From Scenedesmus sp. PABB004 (lineage: Eukaryota): a stretch of 64,000 bases of DNA. Below are positions 46,962-57,573 of this stretch, piece by piece. Location: the NCBI GenBank assembly GCA_014905635.1, contig JABVCE010000002.1:1240001-1304000 (forward strand). The letters run 5' to 3'. Position 1 is the stretch's first letter. Each line of letters starts with the position of its first letter. The position numbers and the translations under genes are program-made. The notes under the pieces are model-generated. The model saw nothing but the letters and a program-made list of their open reading frames with translations. It was not told the DNA's origin and searched no databases.

Positions 46962-47377
46962 CGTTGGCGCCGCGAACGGCGTTCGCCGGTGCCGCTGCCG
47001 CCGCCGCGCGCGCCCGGCCGCCGCGCGGCGCGGCGCGGCGCGGCGCGGCGCGGCGCGGCGCGGCGCGGCGCGGCCGCTCACTCTTGTGGTCTGTGGCCGC
47101 GAGAGCCGTGACCGCGGCACCTGGTCTGCACCCCCGGGCGGGCAGGCGGCCGGGCGGGACGCCCGGGCATCTTCTGCGGCACACGCGCGCACGCGGCTAT
47201 TCCTGGCCGCCCCCGCCGCGAGGCCGCCCACAAGCAGTCGCCCGCGCCTCTTTGCCACCCCCAGACCTCACGCACGTGCCCCGCGCGATCCACGCACGCC
47301 AGCCCCCGCCCCCCCCCGCGCCGCGCCCCGACACGGAGGCGCGCCGGAGGACCGCCGCCGGATGCCGGCAGCATGAC

Positions 47378-48225
47378 ATGGCCGCCTCGCTGGCGCCACC
47401 GCGGGGCCGGCGCTCCTCGGGGAGCGAGGCGCCAGAGGTGGGCAGCAGCTTCCGGCACAGCCCCCGCGCACAGGCGCGGCGCCGGTGCGCGGGGAGCCCG
47501 CCTGAGCCGGCACGGGCGCCGCCGCCGCCGCAGGGGAGCCTGGCGGGGCGGCAGAAGCGGAGCAGCATCGGGGCCATAGGCCCGAGCAGCCCGGGGCCGT
47601 CCAGCCCCTACATCAAGGCCTGGACGGCGGAGGGCTCCGCTTCGCCCAGCGCCTCGAGCACCGCCAGCGAGCACGGTGCGGCCGGCGGCGCGGGCGGGCG
47701 CGCGGGGAGGCGCGAGACCGCGGACGGCCGCGCCTGGCCGCCCGCGAGCCGCGCGGCGCCCGCGAGGTCGCCATATTGCCGCCCCGCCGACGACACGATC
47801 CGCACCGCCGGCTGACGCGCCCTCGCTGCTGCCCGTGGCGCAGACGCGCCATGCGTGGCGCGGACCCTCAAGGTGCCCGACGTGGCCATGCCGATGCAGC
47901 ACAGCCTGCTCAAGCGCATCAGCGCCTTCCAGAGCAAGGAGGTGAGCAAGGCGGCGCCCCCTTCGCGGGCCCGGGCTGGCAGGACACGTGGCAGCCTGCC
48001 AGCAAGCGCTGGTCGGGCGCTGGTCAGCCCGGCCTCGCGCGGCGGCGGCGGCGGCGGCGCGGGCTCCTGCGGGCTCTGATGTCTCAGTCGCTCCGGGAGG
48101 CACGAATGACATTGCTGACGCGCGCCAGACGCGGCGGCGAGCTGGCGCAGCGCCGGGCCGGGTCCCGCAGCGCGCCCGAGAAGCGGCGGCGGCCCTCCCG
48201 CGCGGACGCGCGGCCGCCCACGCGC

Positions 48226-48265
<40 letters not shown>

Positions 48266-48523
48266 GCCGCGCAGGAGCTGCTGGAGTTTGTGTCCCACTA
48301 CCACTGCCTGCTGGACCTGATCAACCTGGTCACATGCCTCTACCGCCTCGCCAAGATGTCCAAGGAGGCCTCCCGCGGCCGCAGCGGCTACCTCGCCGAG
48401 CTGCAGCGCCACCCGACCTTCCAGCTCCTCCTGCGTGAGCGCCCGCGTCGCCCGCGCGCGCCTGGGTCTCCTGCCGCGCGCGCGGGGACGCGCGCGCGCA
48501 CGAGCGACGCCGCCCGCGCCGAC

Positions 48524-48569
<46 letters not shown>

Positions 48570-50473
48570 TGCGCGGCCGCGCAGGCTCCATCCTGAGCGC
48601 CTTCCTGCAGGGCCGCCTCAACTTTCTGCACACGCACAGCGAGGGCCTGCGCGGCGTCGACGGGCGGTGCCTCGCCAACCTCACGTGGGCGCTCGCCAAG
48701 CTCGACCTCTCGGCCGACGACAGCGCGCTCACGAGTGAGCTCGCGCTCACCGTCGCGCCGTTCATCGTGCGCACGCTCGACACGAGCAGCCCGCAGGGCC
48801 TCGCCAACATGCTGTGGAGCTACGCCAAGCTGCCCGTGGCGCCGCCGTCTGTGGTGTCCGCGCTCGTGGCCAAGATCGCCGACCAGCTCGTGCTGCAGAA
48901 CAGCCGCCCCGGCGGCGGCGCGGCGACGTTTGACGCGCAGGCGCTGTCCAACAGCGTGTGGGCGCTCGCGCACCTCAAGAGCCGCGGCATGGACGTCGAC
49001 GCGCGCGCGCCCGGCGTGCTGCGCTTCCTCAACGAGCTCGCCGCCGCCGCGGCGCGCGCGCTCGCGCGCCGCACGCCGCGCTGCCGCCGCCGGGGCCCGA
49101 CGCGCGCCTGCCCGAGGCGCAGCGCTACCTGGGCCTCGTGGAGCGCGAGTTCAGCTGCCAGGTGCGGCGCCGCGCCGCGCGGCGGCGCGGGGGCAGGGGG
49201 CGGGGCAGCCCCGCGCGTGCGGCTGGCGCGCGGCGGGCCAGCGGCGGCGCCAGCTCACGCCCCCCCCCCCCCCCCGCGCCCGCCCGGCCGGCCGGCCGCA
49301 GGCGCTGGTGAACATTGCGTGGAGCTTTGCGACGCTGCTGGGCGCGTCGGCGGGCGGGCAGGCGGCGGTGCACAGCCTCTTTGTCCTCATCCACAACGAG
49401 AGCCTCACGCGCCTGCGCTGCACCGCGCTCGTGCTGTCGAGCGGCACGGGCCTGCCCTACGTCGGCGGCGGCGGCTACAACGAGCAGGCGCTGTCCAACG
49501 CGGTCTACGCGTTTGACAAGGTCGGCCTGCTCACGCGCGAGCTGCTGGGCGCGGTGTTTGAGGTCTCGGCGCTGCGCCTGCAGCGCGCGGGCGGCGGCGG
49601 GCACCACCACGACCTCGCGTGCTTCAAGCCCCAGGAGCTCTGCACCCTGCTCAAGGCCGCCCACGCCGGCATCGCGCCGCCCTGGGCCTTCCTGGGCAGC
49701 CTGCTGCAGCTGCTCTCGGCGCACCCGGGCATGGCCGACAGCTGGAGCGCGGCGGAGCGCCTCGAGCTGCACCGCGCGTGCCAGCTCTACCTCACGCACC
49801 AGGCCGAGGCCGCCGCCGCGGCGCAGGGGGGGGTCGTGTCGGCGGCGATGAGCCTCGCCGGCGCGTTTGCGGCGGGCCCGCCGCCGCCCGGCCGCGCGAG
49901 CGCCACGGGCGGGCCGCCCAGCGGCGGCAGCCTCTTTGGCGGCGCGGGCCGCCCCGGCGGCGGCGGCGGCGGCAGCGGCCCGCCGTCCGGCGCGTACGGC
50001 GGCGGCGCCCTGTTTGGCGTCGGCGGCCTCGGCGGCGCGACGGGCAGCAGCCCGCGGCGCGGCAGTGCCACGGGCGGCGGCGACCCGCTCATCTCGACGT
50101 ACGGCCAGCTGCCGGCGGCGCCCGGCGGCCTGGCCCCGCAGCAGCAGCTGCAGCTGCAGGGCCGCCCGCGCGCGCCGTCGACGGGCACCAGCCCCGGCGG
50201 CGCGGGCGGCAGCCCGGGCGCCGCGGCGGTGCAGCAGGCCATGCTCGCGCGGCAGCAGGGCGCCGCGGCGCGGCCGTACGGGCCGCCGTCGAACGAGGCG
50301 GTCGGCTGCCCCATCTGCGGCGTGCTGCTGCGGGCGCAGGACGCGCTCGCGCACGTCGAGGTCTGCCTCGCCGCCAACCGCGGCGCGGCGGCGGAGCTGG
50401 AAGCGCTGCTCATGGCGCAGGGCGCGCAGCAGGAGCAGCAGCGCCAGCAGGCGGCGGCGCGCTGGGCGTTTGC

Positions 50474-50520
<47 letters not shown>

Positions 50521-50747
50521 TGCACGCCATGCTTGCGAACCACCTGCAGCAGCAGGCGCAGCAGGCGCAGCAGGCGCAGCAGCAGGCGGCGCTGCAGCAG
50601 AGCCTGCTGGCGGCGCAGGGTGGCGGGCCGTTCGGCCTGGAGGACTTTTGCCGCCCGGCGGGCGCGGTGGACGCCGCGTCGCTCGCGCCTTGGATGATGG
50701 AGGCGGCGGCGGCCAGGCCCCCGCTGCGGCCGGCGCGCCGGCCGTAG
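47378..50747 (+). CDS. OPR/FAST-like helical-repeat protein with C-terminal UBZ-type zinc finger and polyQ; apparent frameshift near 49065
   Basis: Repeats RCLANLTWALAKL, PQGLANMLWSYAKL, AQALSNSVWALAHL, Q|ALVNIAWSFATL, EQALSNAVYAFDKV, PQELCTLL; CPICG-x9-AHVEVCL; Q-run. Confidence 0.7.
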
Positions 50748-52112
50748 GTGCCGCGCTCGCGGCCACGCATTATTGCAGCATCGGCGGCGCCGCGGGCGCT
50801 GGTTTTTGCGGCGCCGCGCGTTTTCCGCTCGCGCCGCGAGCCGCGTTGTACCCTACCCCTGCACGGCATCGCCGTGACGGCGCGCACCCGCCCCGGCACG
50901 GCGCCGGCGGGCCCTCCCCTGCGTCCCGAGGCCGCGCCGCGGCCGCCTGTACAGCAGAGAGAGGTATGGTCTGGGCCGCAGGAAGACTGTGTGTGTGCAC
51001 GGGCCGCGAGCGCGCCGCGGCGAGAGTGCGGTGCAGCGATGCACCCCCGCCCGCCCTAGAGCGGCGCGCACGGCGGCGGGGGCCGGGAGCTCCGGCCCCG
51101 ACGCCGGCCGGCCCCGAGTGCCTGGCGTGCGCGTGGGACAACGGTCGATCAGAAGAAGCAGCGGCGGCGGGACTTGGCGCGGCGGCCGCGGGCGGCCGGC
51201 CCGCCCGGGGCGGGGCGGGGCGGGGCGCGCAGCGCGCGCGACCCACAGCTGGTGTGTTGTTGACCGGAGCAGCATCGCTTTTTTTGCCTTGGGACCGCGG
51301 CGGCGGCGCTTTCCCTTCCTGCCGCCGCCGTCGCAGCCTTGACCGAAGAAGGGGGCCCTTCGCGCCCACACACACAAACATCCCCATGTCCTGCGAGGGG
51401 CCTGTCTGTCTGCCCCCCACCAAAGCTGGAAGAAGACTTGCAGCGCGCCCGTGAAACGCGGGGCGGGCGGCAGCAGCACGACTAATAACCGAGAACGCAA
51501 TTGACGGCGCTTGTGGCGGCGCGTGTGCGTGTGCGCGTGTGTGCGGCGGCGACGCGCGCGGGAGATGCCTTGTGCGCGCTGCGAGTGTTCATGTGCTTGC
51601 CTGCGTGCGTGCGGGCGGGCGCTCCGCGGGGCCGCCAGGGCCTGTGCTCTGTGCGAATGCGGCCCTCGCGCGCAGCGCCGAGCCGCGCCGCGCCCCGCCG
51701 GTGCGCCGCGGTCAGCGGCGATGTACCATGCAAGAACACGGAGCAGGAGGCGTTGGCGGGCATTTCATCGTGCAATCGACGACCCCCGCACGCGCGCCGC
51801 GCGCGTTCCAGCGAGACCCGCTGCACCGCTGCTGCACCGCCGCCGCCGCTCGTCTCACGCTTTCCGCCCGGCCTCCGGCACGGCGAGCAGCGCACTCCAA
51901 CGACGCCCGTCACAAACGCAGCGTCTGGACCGCGCTCGGAACGCAGCTCCACGCCGAGACTGGCACCGGGTGCGCGGGCCTGTCGCGCGCGCGCCTGCGG
52001 CCGCGCCGCGCCGCGTGCGCCCGCACCCGGCCGCAGCGCGCTCAAACCGCACCCGCGCCCGCACCGCCGTGCCGTGCCGCGCAGGCCTGAGCGCAGCGCA
52101 TCCACGCCGAAA

Positions 52113-52907
52113 ATGGTCTCCCTCAGCGCCTCCGCTAGGCACGCCGGCGCCGCTGGCGCGAGCTCACGGCGTGGGGCCAACCGTGGCGCGCCCGGCGCGG
52201 CGGTGCGGCAGGTGTGCGGCGCGCGGCGCGGGCGGGGCGCGGCGGACAGCGCGGCGCCGCTGCTGTCTGCGCATGCAGCGCCGCCCAGCGCTCGGCCGCC
52301 CCCCGCCGCCCCCTTCACCCCCCCCCCCTCCCGCCCGCCGCCGCCTTCGCGTGCCGCAGGCCGCGCCCTGGAGCGGCTCGGCGCTGCCGCGCGCCATCCG
52401 CCTGCGCCGCGGCCCCGCGCCAGCGGCGGCGGGCCGGCGCAGCCCCCCTCGCCCGGCAGCCCGCACCAGGAGGCCGCCGCCAACGTGCTGACCGGCCGCA
52501 CCGCGCTGGGGCCGTGGCGCGGGCCGTTTGGCGCGGCCGAGGGCGCGGGCCCGCAGGGCCCCAGCCCGCTCGACGCGCTCGGCGTTGCGACGGTCTTTGT
52601 CGACCCCGCCGGCGCCGCGCACCTCGGCCTGGAGCCCGCTGAGCACCGCAAGTTTGTTCACGCGCTCGCGGGCGCGCAGGCGGAGCTGCTGAGCGCCGAG
52701 CCCGGTGCGCCCCCGCGCTCAGCGCCGAGGCGGCGGCCGCGGCGGCGCGCGCCGACGGCGCGGCCGCCGCGGTCGCGCGCGCGCAGGCGCGCGCCGCCCG
52801 CGCCGCGGGCCTCGTCGCGCGCGAGCCGGCGCTCCTCCGCACGGCGGCCGCGCCGCGCGGCGGGCTGCGCCGCCACGTGCGCCAGATCAACCAGCCCCGC
52901 CGCATGA
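52113..52907 (+). CDS. Possible hypothetical protein
   Basis: Codon-like segment QEAAANVLTGRTALGPW..SPLDALGVATVFVDP..HRKFVHALAGAQAELL. Start and splicing unresolved. Confidence 0.3.
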   Translation: MVSLSASARHAGAAGASSRRGANRGAPGAAVRQVCGARRGRGAADSAAPLLSAHAAPPSARPPPAAPFTPPPSRPPPPSRAAGRALERLGAAARHPPAPRPRASGGGPAQPPSPGSPHQEAAANVLTGRTALGPWRGPFGAAEGAGPQGPSPLDALGVATVFVDPAGAAHLGLEPAEHRKFVHALAGAQAELLSAEPGAPPRSAPRRRPRRRAPTARPPRSRARRRAPPAPRASSRASRRSSARRPRRAAGCAATCARSTSPAA

Positions 52908-53346
52908 ACTGAGCTGCGCTGCTAGTCGGTGCGGTGCGCGGTGCGCGGCGCTTGTACCTGTGACGGCCATGTTTTTTTCTGCGGGCCTGTGAGCCGGTCG
53001 GATGGACGGCGGCGATGTACCACGACACGTGTGTTGTACTCTCAGGATCGGCAGCGATGTGCGTATGTGACACCGGCAACGATGCGATGCGTGTTCATGT
53101 GACACCGGCGACGGATGACGCGTTTTGGCTGTAGGTTCTAGGCGGCGGCGGGCGCGGGCTCAGCGGCGGCGCGTGTGCAACAGAGTGTTCGACCGCGGCC
53201 CTGTTACCTTGGGCCCGGCCGCGCCGCGACAGGATGAGCCGACAAAATGGGCCGACCGCGCGTCAGCCAGGTTCACGCACCGCTGGCGCACGCAGCCCCG
53301 CGCCGCCTGCCGCTGCAGCCAGCGCCCGCCCCGCGCCGCCGCGGCC

Positions 53347-54808
53347 TCAGTACGAGGGCGGCGGCGCGTAGCCGCCGCCGCCGCCGCCGCCCGCGTCGCC
53401 GCCGCGGTCCCGGTTCCACGACGCGATGCGCGCGCGCCGCTCCGCCGAGCCGTCCCTGCTGCTGCCGTAGCCGCCGCCGCGGCGGTCGGGGCTGCGGCCG
53501 CGCCGGTCGGCGTAGCCGCCGCCGCCGCCGCCGTAGCCGCCGCGGTCGCCGCCGCCGTAGCCGCCGCCGCCGCCGCCGCCGTAGCCGCCGCCGCGGTCGC
53601 CGTAGCCGCCGCCGCGGCCGCCGTAGCCGCCGCCGCCGTACCCGCCGCGGCCGCCGTAGCCGCCGCCGCCAAACCCGCCGCGGCCAAAGTCGCGGCCGCG
53701 CGGCGGGCTGCGCCGCCGCTCGCGCTCGCGGCTGTCGCTGCGGTGCTTGTAGCGGCCGAACAGCGCCTTGCGCAGCTCCCTGGGCGCGCGCGCGGGCGGG
53801 CGGGCGGGCGGGCGGGCGGGCGGCAGGCGGGCGGGGCGGGCGGGCGGGCGGGCGCGCGGGCGGCGGGCGGCGCCGCGGGTCGGCGCGGGTCGGCGCGGGG
53901 CCGGGGGATGCCGCGCGCCCGCCCCTGCTGCAACCCCCGCGCGCCGCCCGCGCGCGCGCATGCCCACGCCCCGCGTGCCCGCGCCCCGCGCGCACCGGCC
54001 GATGGGCTTGATGTGCATGAAGTTGCAGTAGCCCCCGCGGTTGCACGTGTTCTCCTCGTACTGCCGGCACGTGGCCTCGCGAAAGTCGGTGACGGGCGAA
54101 AACTCTGGGATGACGGGGCGGCCCGCGTAGTAGCGGCCCGTGAGGCCCGCGACCGCGCGCGCGGCGTCGTCCTCGTCCCGGAACTTGACGTACACGCTGC
54201 CGACCATGTGGTCCGCGAGGTTGTCGCACACGTTGAGGTTCTCCACCTCCCCGAACTTGGCGAGCTCCTCAAACACGTCCTCGTAAAAGTCCTGCGCGCC
54301 GCCGCGGCGGGCGGGCGGCGGCGGCGCGCCGTGGGCGGCGGCGCGCGGCGGCGCTGCGGGCTGCTGCTGCTGCGGCCACGCGCACGCCGCGGCTGCCGGG
54401 CCGGCCGCTGCGCCCCGCCGCACGGCGCGAGCCGCCGCCCGCTGCCCGCGGCGCGCAGGCGGCAGCAGCAGCAGCAGCGGCGGCGCACCTCATAGTGCTC
54501 CATGACCTCCTCCGGCGCCACCGGCACCGGCAGCCCGTCAGGGCCGAGCGGGGCGTTCAGCACGGGGTTCTGGTACATGTTGGGGATGAGCAGCGTCTGG
54601 CTGATGGTCGGCTTGTTGTGCAGGCGGGAGCAGCGGTCCCCATGCCGGCAGGCCCTGCGTGCCGCGCGCCCCGGGCTCGGCGCGCCGCGCGCGCTCGGAT
54701 CGGACGTCCCCACGGGCCCCGCGCGCCGCCGCACCCGATCTTGAAGTAAAAGGGGCAGTTCACGCGATCCTTTTCAGTCCCAAAGATGGAGGCCAGGTGC
54801 TCGGCCAT
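53347..54808 (-). CDS. U2AF1: Splicing factor U2AF small subunit (U2AF35)
   Basis: [40 protein letters not shown] domain, [30 protein letters not shown] tail. Confidence 0.97.
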
Positions 54809-55297
54809 GCCGGCCGATCACGCGCCCCGCAAGCGCGGTCACCGCAATCTCCCGCCGTCAGCGGCGCCCGGTGGCAAGCGGGACAGCGCCTGCACGCCCG
54901 GCTGCGGCGGGGGCGGCGCGCGTGCTGCTGATGCGCGCGCGGCCGGCGCGCGGCTCCGGTGCTGTCGCTGGCCGAGCTGCGGGGTCCACGACGACGTGGC
55001 GGCGGCGGGCGGCCGCGTGCTGGGGGCTGCGGCCGTGCGGCGCGCCGCCCGAACCGCGGAGGCGCAGGGGCGCGCGTGCGCCGCCCGCCGCCGACAGCGC
55101 CCCCCCCCGGTGCCTGCGGCCCCCCTGCTGCGCACATCGCGTGCCCCGCGTTCAGAGCGCAGTCGCACGCCCCGAGTTTCAGCCGCCGCCGCGGCGCGCG
55201 CCGCTGCCAACCGCCGGATCGCGCCGCGCACGCCGCCGCCGGTGGTGCTGCCCGGCTCCCCGCCCGGCAGAGCGCGCCCCAGACCGCCCGGCACGCC

Positions 55298-56215
55298 ATG
55301 GCCAGGGCCGGCGGCGGCGGCGCGGCGCGCGGCGGCGCCGCCGGCGCGGGGCAGCGCTCGCCGAGCGCGCTGCAGTGTGGGTCTGTGGCGACCTACATCT
55401 ACTTCATCCCCGTGCTCCTCGCCCTCAACCTGCTCTGCCTCGTCTGGAGCCGCTGGACGGCGCTCGCGTGGCTCGTGTGCGCCGCGCGCGCGCCAACCGG
55501 CCGCCAACCGCCCGCGCGCCGCGCCGCGCCCGCTCGCGTCACGCGCCGCCGCCGCCGCCGCCGCGCCGCAGGTACACGCTGTACATCAACCTCGGCCCCG
55601 GGCGCTGGGCGGCCAAGACGGGGTCGTGGCCCAAGCTGCTGCGGCGCGCGCGGTGGTGGACGCACTGCGCGGCGTACTTTCCCTGCACGCTGCACAAGAC
55701 GGCGGAGCTCGACCCCGGGGGGCGCTACATCTTTGTCGCCGCGCCGCACGGCGTCGTGACGATGTACGCGTGGCCCTGCTTCGACACCGACGCCTGCGGC
55801 TTCTCGCGCCTCTTCCCGGGCGCGCGCGCCGCGCGGCGCGCCGCCCGCGCCGCGGCCGCCGCGCGCCGCCGCGCGCTCCGCCCCGCGCCCGCGGCCGCGC
55901 CGACCGCGCGCCGCCACCGCGGGCGGGCGGCCGCGCAGGCATCGAGGTGCACCCGATGACGCTGGAGCTGAACTTCCGCCTCCCGCTCATGCGCGAGTTC
56001 CTGCTCGCGCACGGCGTGGTCGACGCGTCGCGCGCGGCGTGCCTCATGACGCTCGGCCGCGGCCCGGGGCAGGCCATCCTGCTCGCCGTCGGCGGCGCGC
56101 AGGAGAGCCTGCTCGCCGCGCCGGGCAGCTACGACCTGGTGTGCGCGCCGCGCCGCGCCGCCGCGCAGCCGCACCGGCGCGGGGGCGCGCGCCGCGCCGC
56201 CGGCCGGGCGCGCGA

Positions 56216-56251
<36 letters not shown>

Positions 56252-56943
56252 AGGTGCTGGCCAAGCGCAAGGGCTTTGTCCGCATCGCGCTGCAGACGGG
56301 CGCCAAGCTCGTGCCGGTCATCGGCTTTGGTGCGGCGCCGCGGCGCAGCGGCGTGCGGCACGCGGCCCCGCCGCCCCTTGCGCCCGCGCCCCGCCCGCGC
56401 CCCGCCCGAGCCGCCCACGCGCTCCCCCCACCCGCCCGCCCCCCTGCCCGCAGGTGAGAACGAGTTGTATGACACCAGCCTGCCGGCGCCGGGGTCGCTG
56501 CGCGCGCGCCTGCAGCGCGGGCTCAAGGCGACCCTGGGGTTCACGCTGCCCGCGGCGCGCGGGCGCGGGCCGCTCGGGCTCATGCCCTGGGCCAAGCCGC
56601 TCAACGTCGTCGTCGGCGCGCCGGTCGAGTTTGACCCCTCCGCCCTGCTCGCGGGCGAGGCCAAGGGCGAGGAGGTGGGGCTGGAGGCGTTTGTGGACGC
56701 GTACCACGCGCAGGTGCGCGCCGGCAGGGGAGCTGCGCGGGTGCTGGCCAGGGGGCAGCCGGGGCGGCGGGCGCGGCGGGGGACGCCGGGGCGGCGGGCG
56801 CGGCGGGGGCGGCGGGCGCCTCACGCGCGCGGTGCGCCGCGCCGCGCCGCGCGCAGTATGTGGCCGCGCTGCGCGCGCTGTGGGACGCGCACAAGGCCAA
56901 GTACGCGGACGGGCGGCGCAAGTCGCTCGACATCGTGGAGTGA
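55298..56943 (+). CDS. DGAT2: Type-2 diacylglycerol/monoacylglycerol acyltransferase (DGAT2/DGTT)
   Basis: N-terminal TM region, YFP, APHG, FRLPLMRE, VGGAQE, RKGFVRIALQTGAKLVPVIGFG|ENE, VVVGAPV. Confidence 0.9.
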
Positions 56944-57072
56944 CGCGGCGGCGGCGCGGGGAGCGGCCGCGGCGGCCGCGCTGAGGGGCGGGCGGTGGCC
57001 GGCGAACGCGCACGCGTTAACCGGCTGTCTCACCGCACCCGCGGGAGCCGCGCGTGGGCAGCCGCGCGCGCC

Positions 57073-57374
57073 TCACTCCTTGTGCGGCGGGTCGACAAAC
57101 TGCGCGGCAGCGGGCGCTCGGCGGCAGCGCGCAGCAGCAGCGCGCAGCAGCAGCGGCGCGCCCCGCACGACGCAGCGCCGCGCCCCGCACGACGCAGCGC
57201 CGCGCGGCTCGCCTTGGTCGCGCCGCGGTCGTCAGCCTGCGCGCCCTCCGCCTCGGCTATGGCCTCGGCGAGCGGCTGCGCCTCGATCGGCGCGGGCGCC
57301 GCGCGCTGCTGCTCCGTCGCCGCGGCCGGCGGCGCGGGCGAGCCCTCGCCTGCGCCCTTCTCCTGCGGGTCCAT
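57073..57374 (-). CDS. Candidate 62-aa acidic micro-protein, 2 exons
   Basis: ACCGCCATGG start context; exon 1 57374-57213; AAG|GCGAGC donor; CGCAG acceptor at 57100; exon 2 FVDPPHKE then TGA. Confidence 0.5.
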
Positions 57375-57573
57375 GGCGGTTGCTGGGGCGGGAACAGGCG
57401 GACTGGGGCGTGCGGGACGGAGGGGAGCGCGTGTGCGCGCGCACGGAGCCGCGGCGTCGATGCATCGGACGCGCGGCGATCGTGGCGTGGCGGCGGGTTT
57501 CAAGCCCCGCGCCTCAACTCCCGGCCCGCCGCAACTCGCCCCGCACGGCGCGCGCGCCACGGCGCCGCCGCGC

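Noticed and set aside
48075..48118. TGATG...CTGA in an OPR-gene intron (also 6114-6204) as further snoRNAs
   Set aside because: Too short, or lacking a convincing stem and a recognisable rRNA guide.
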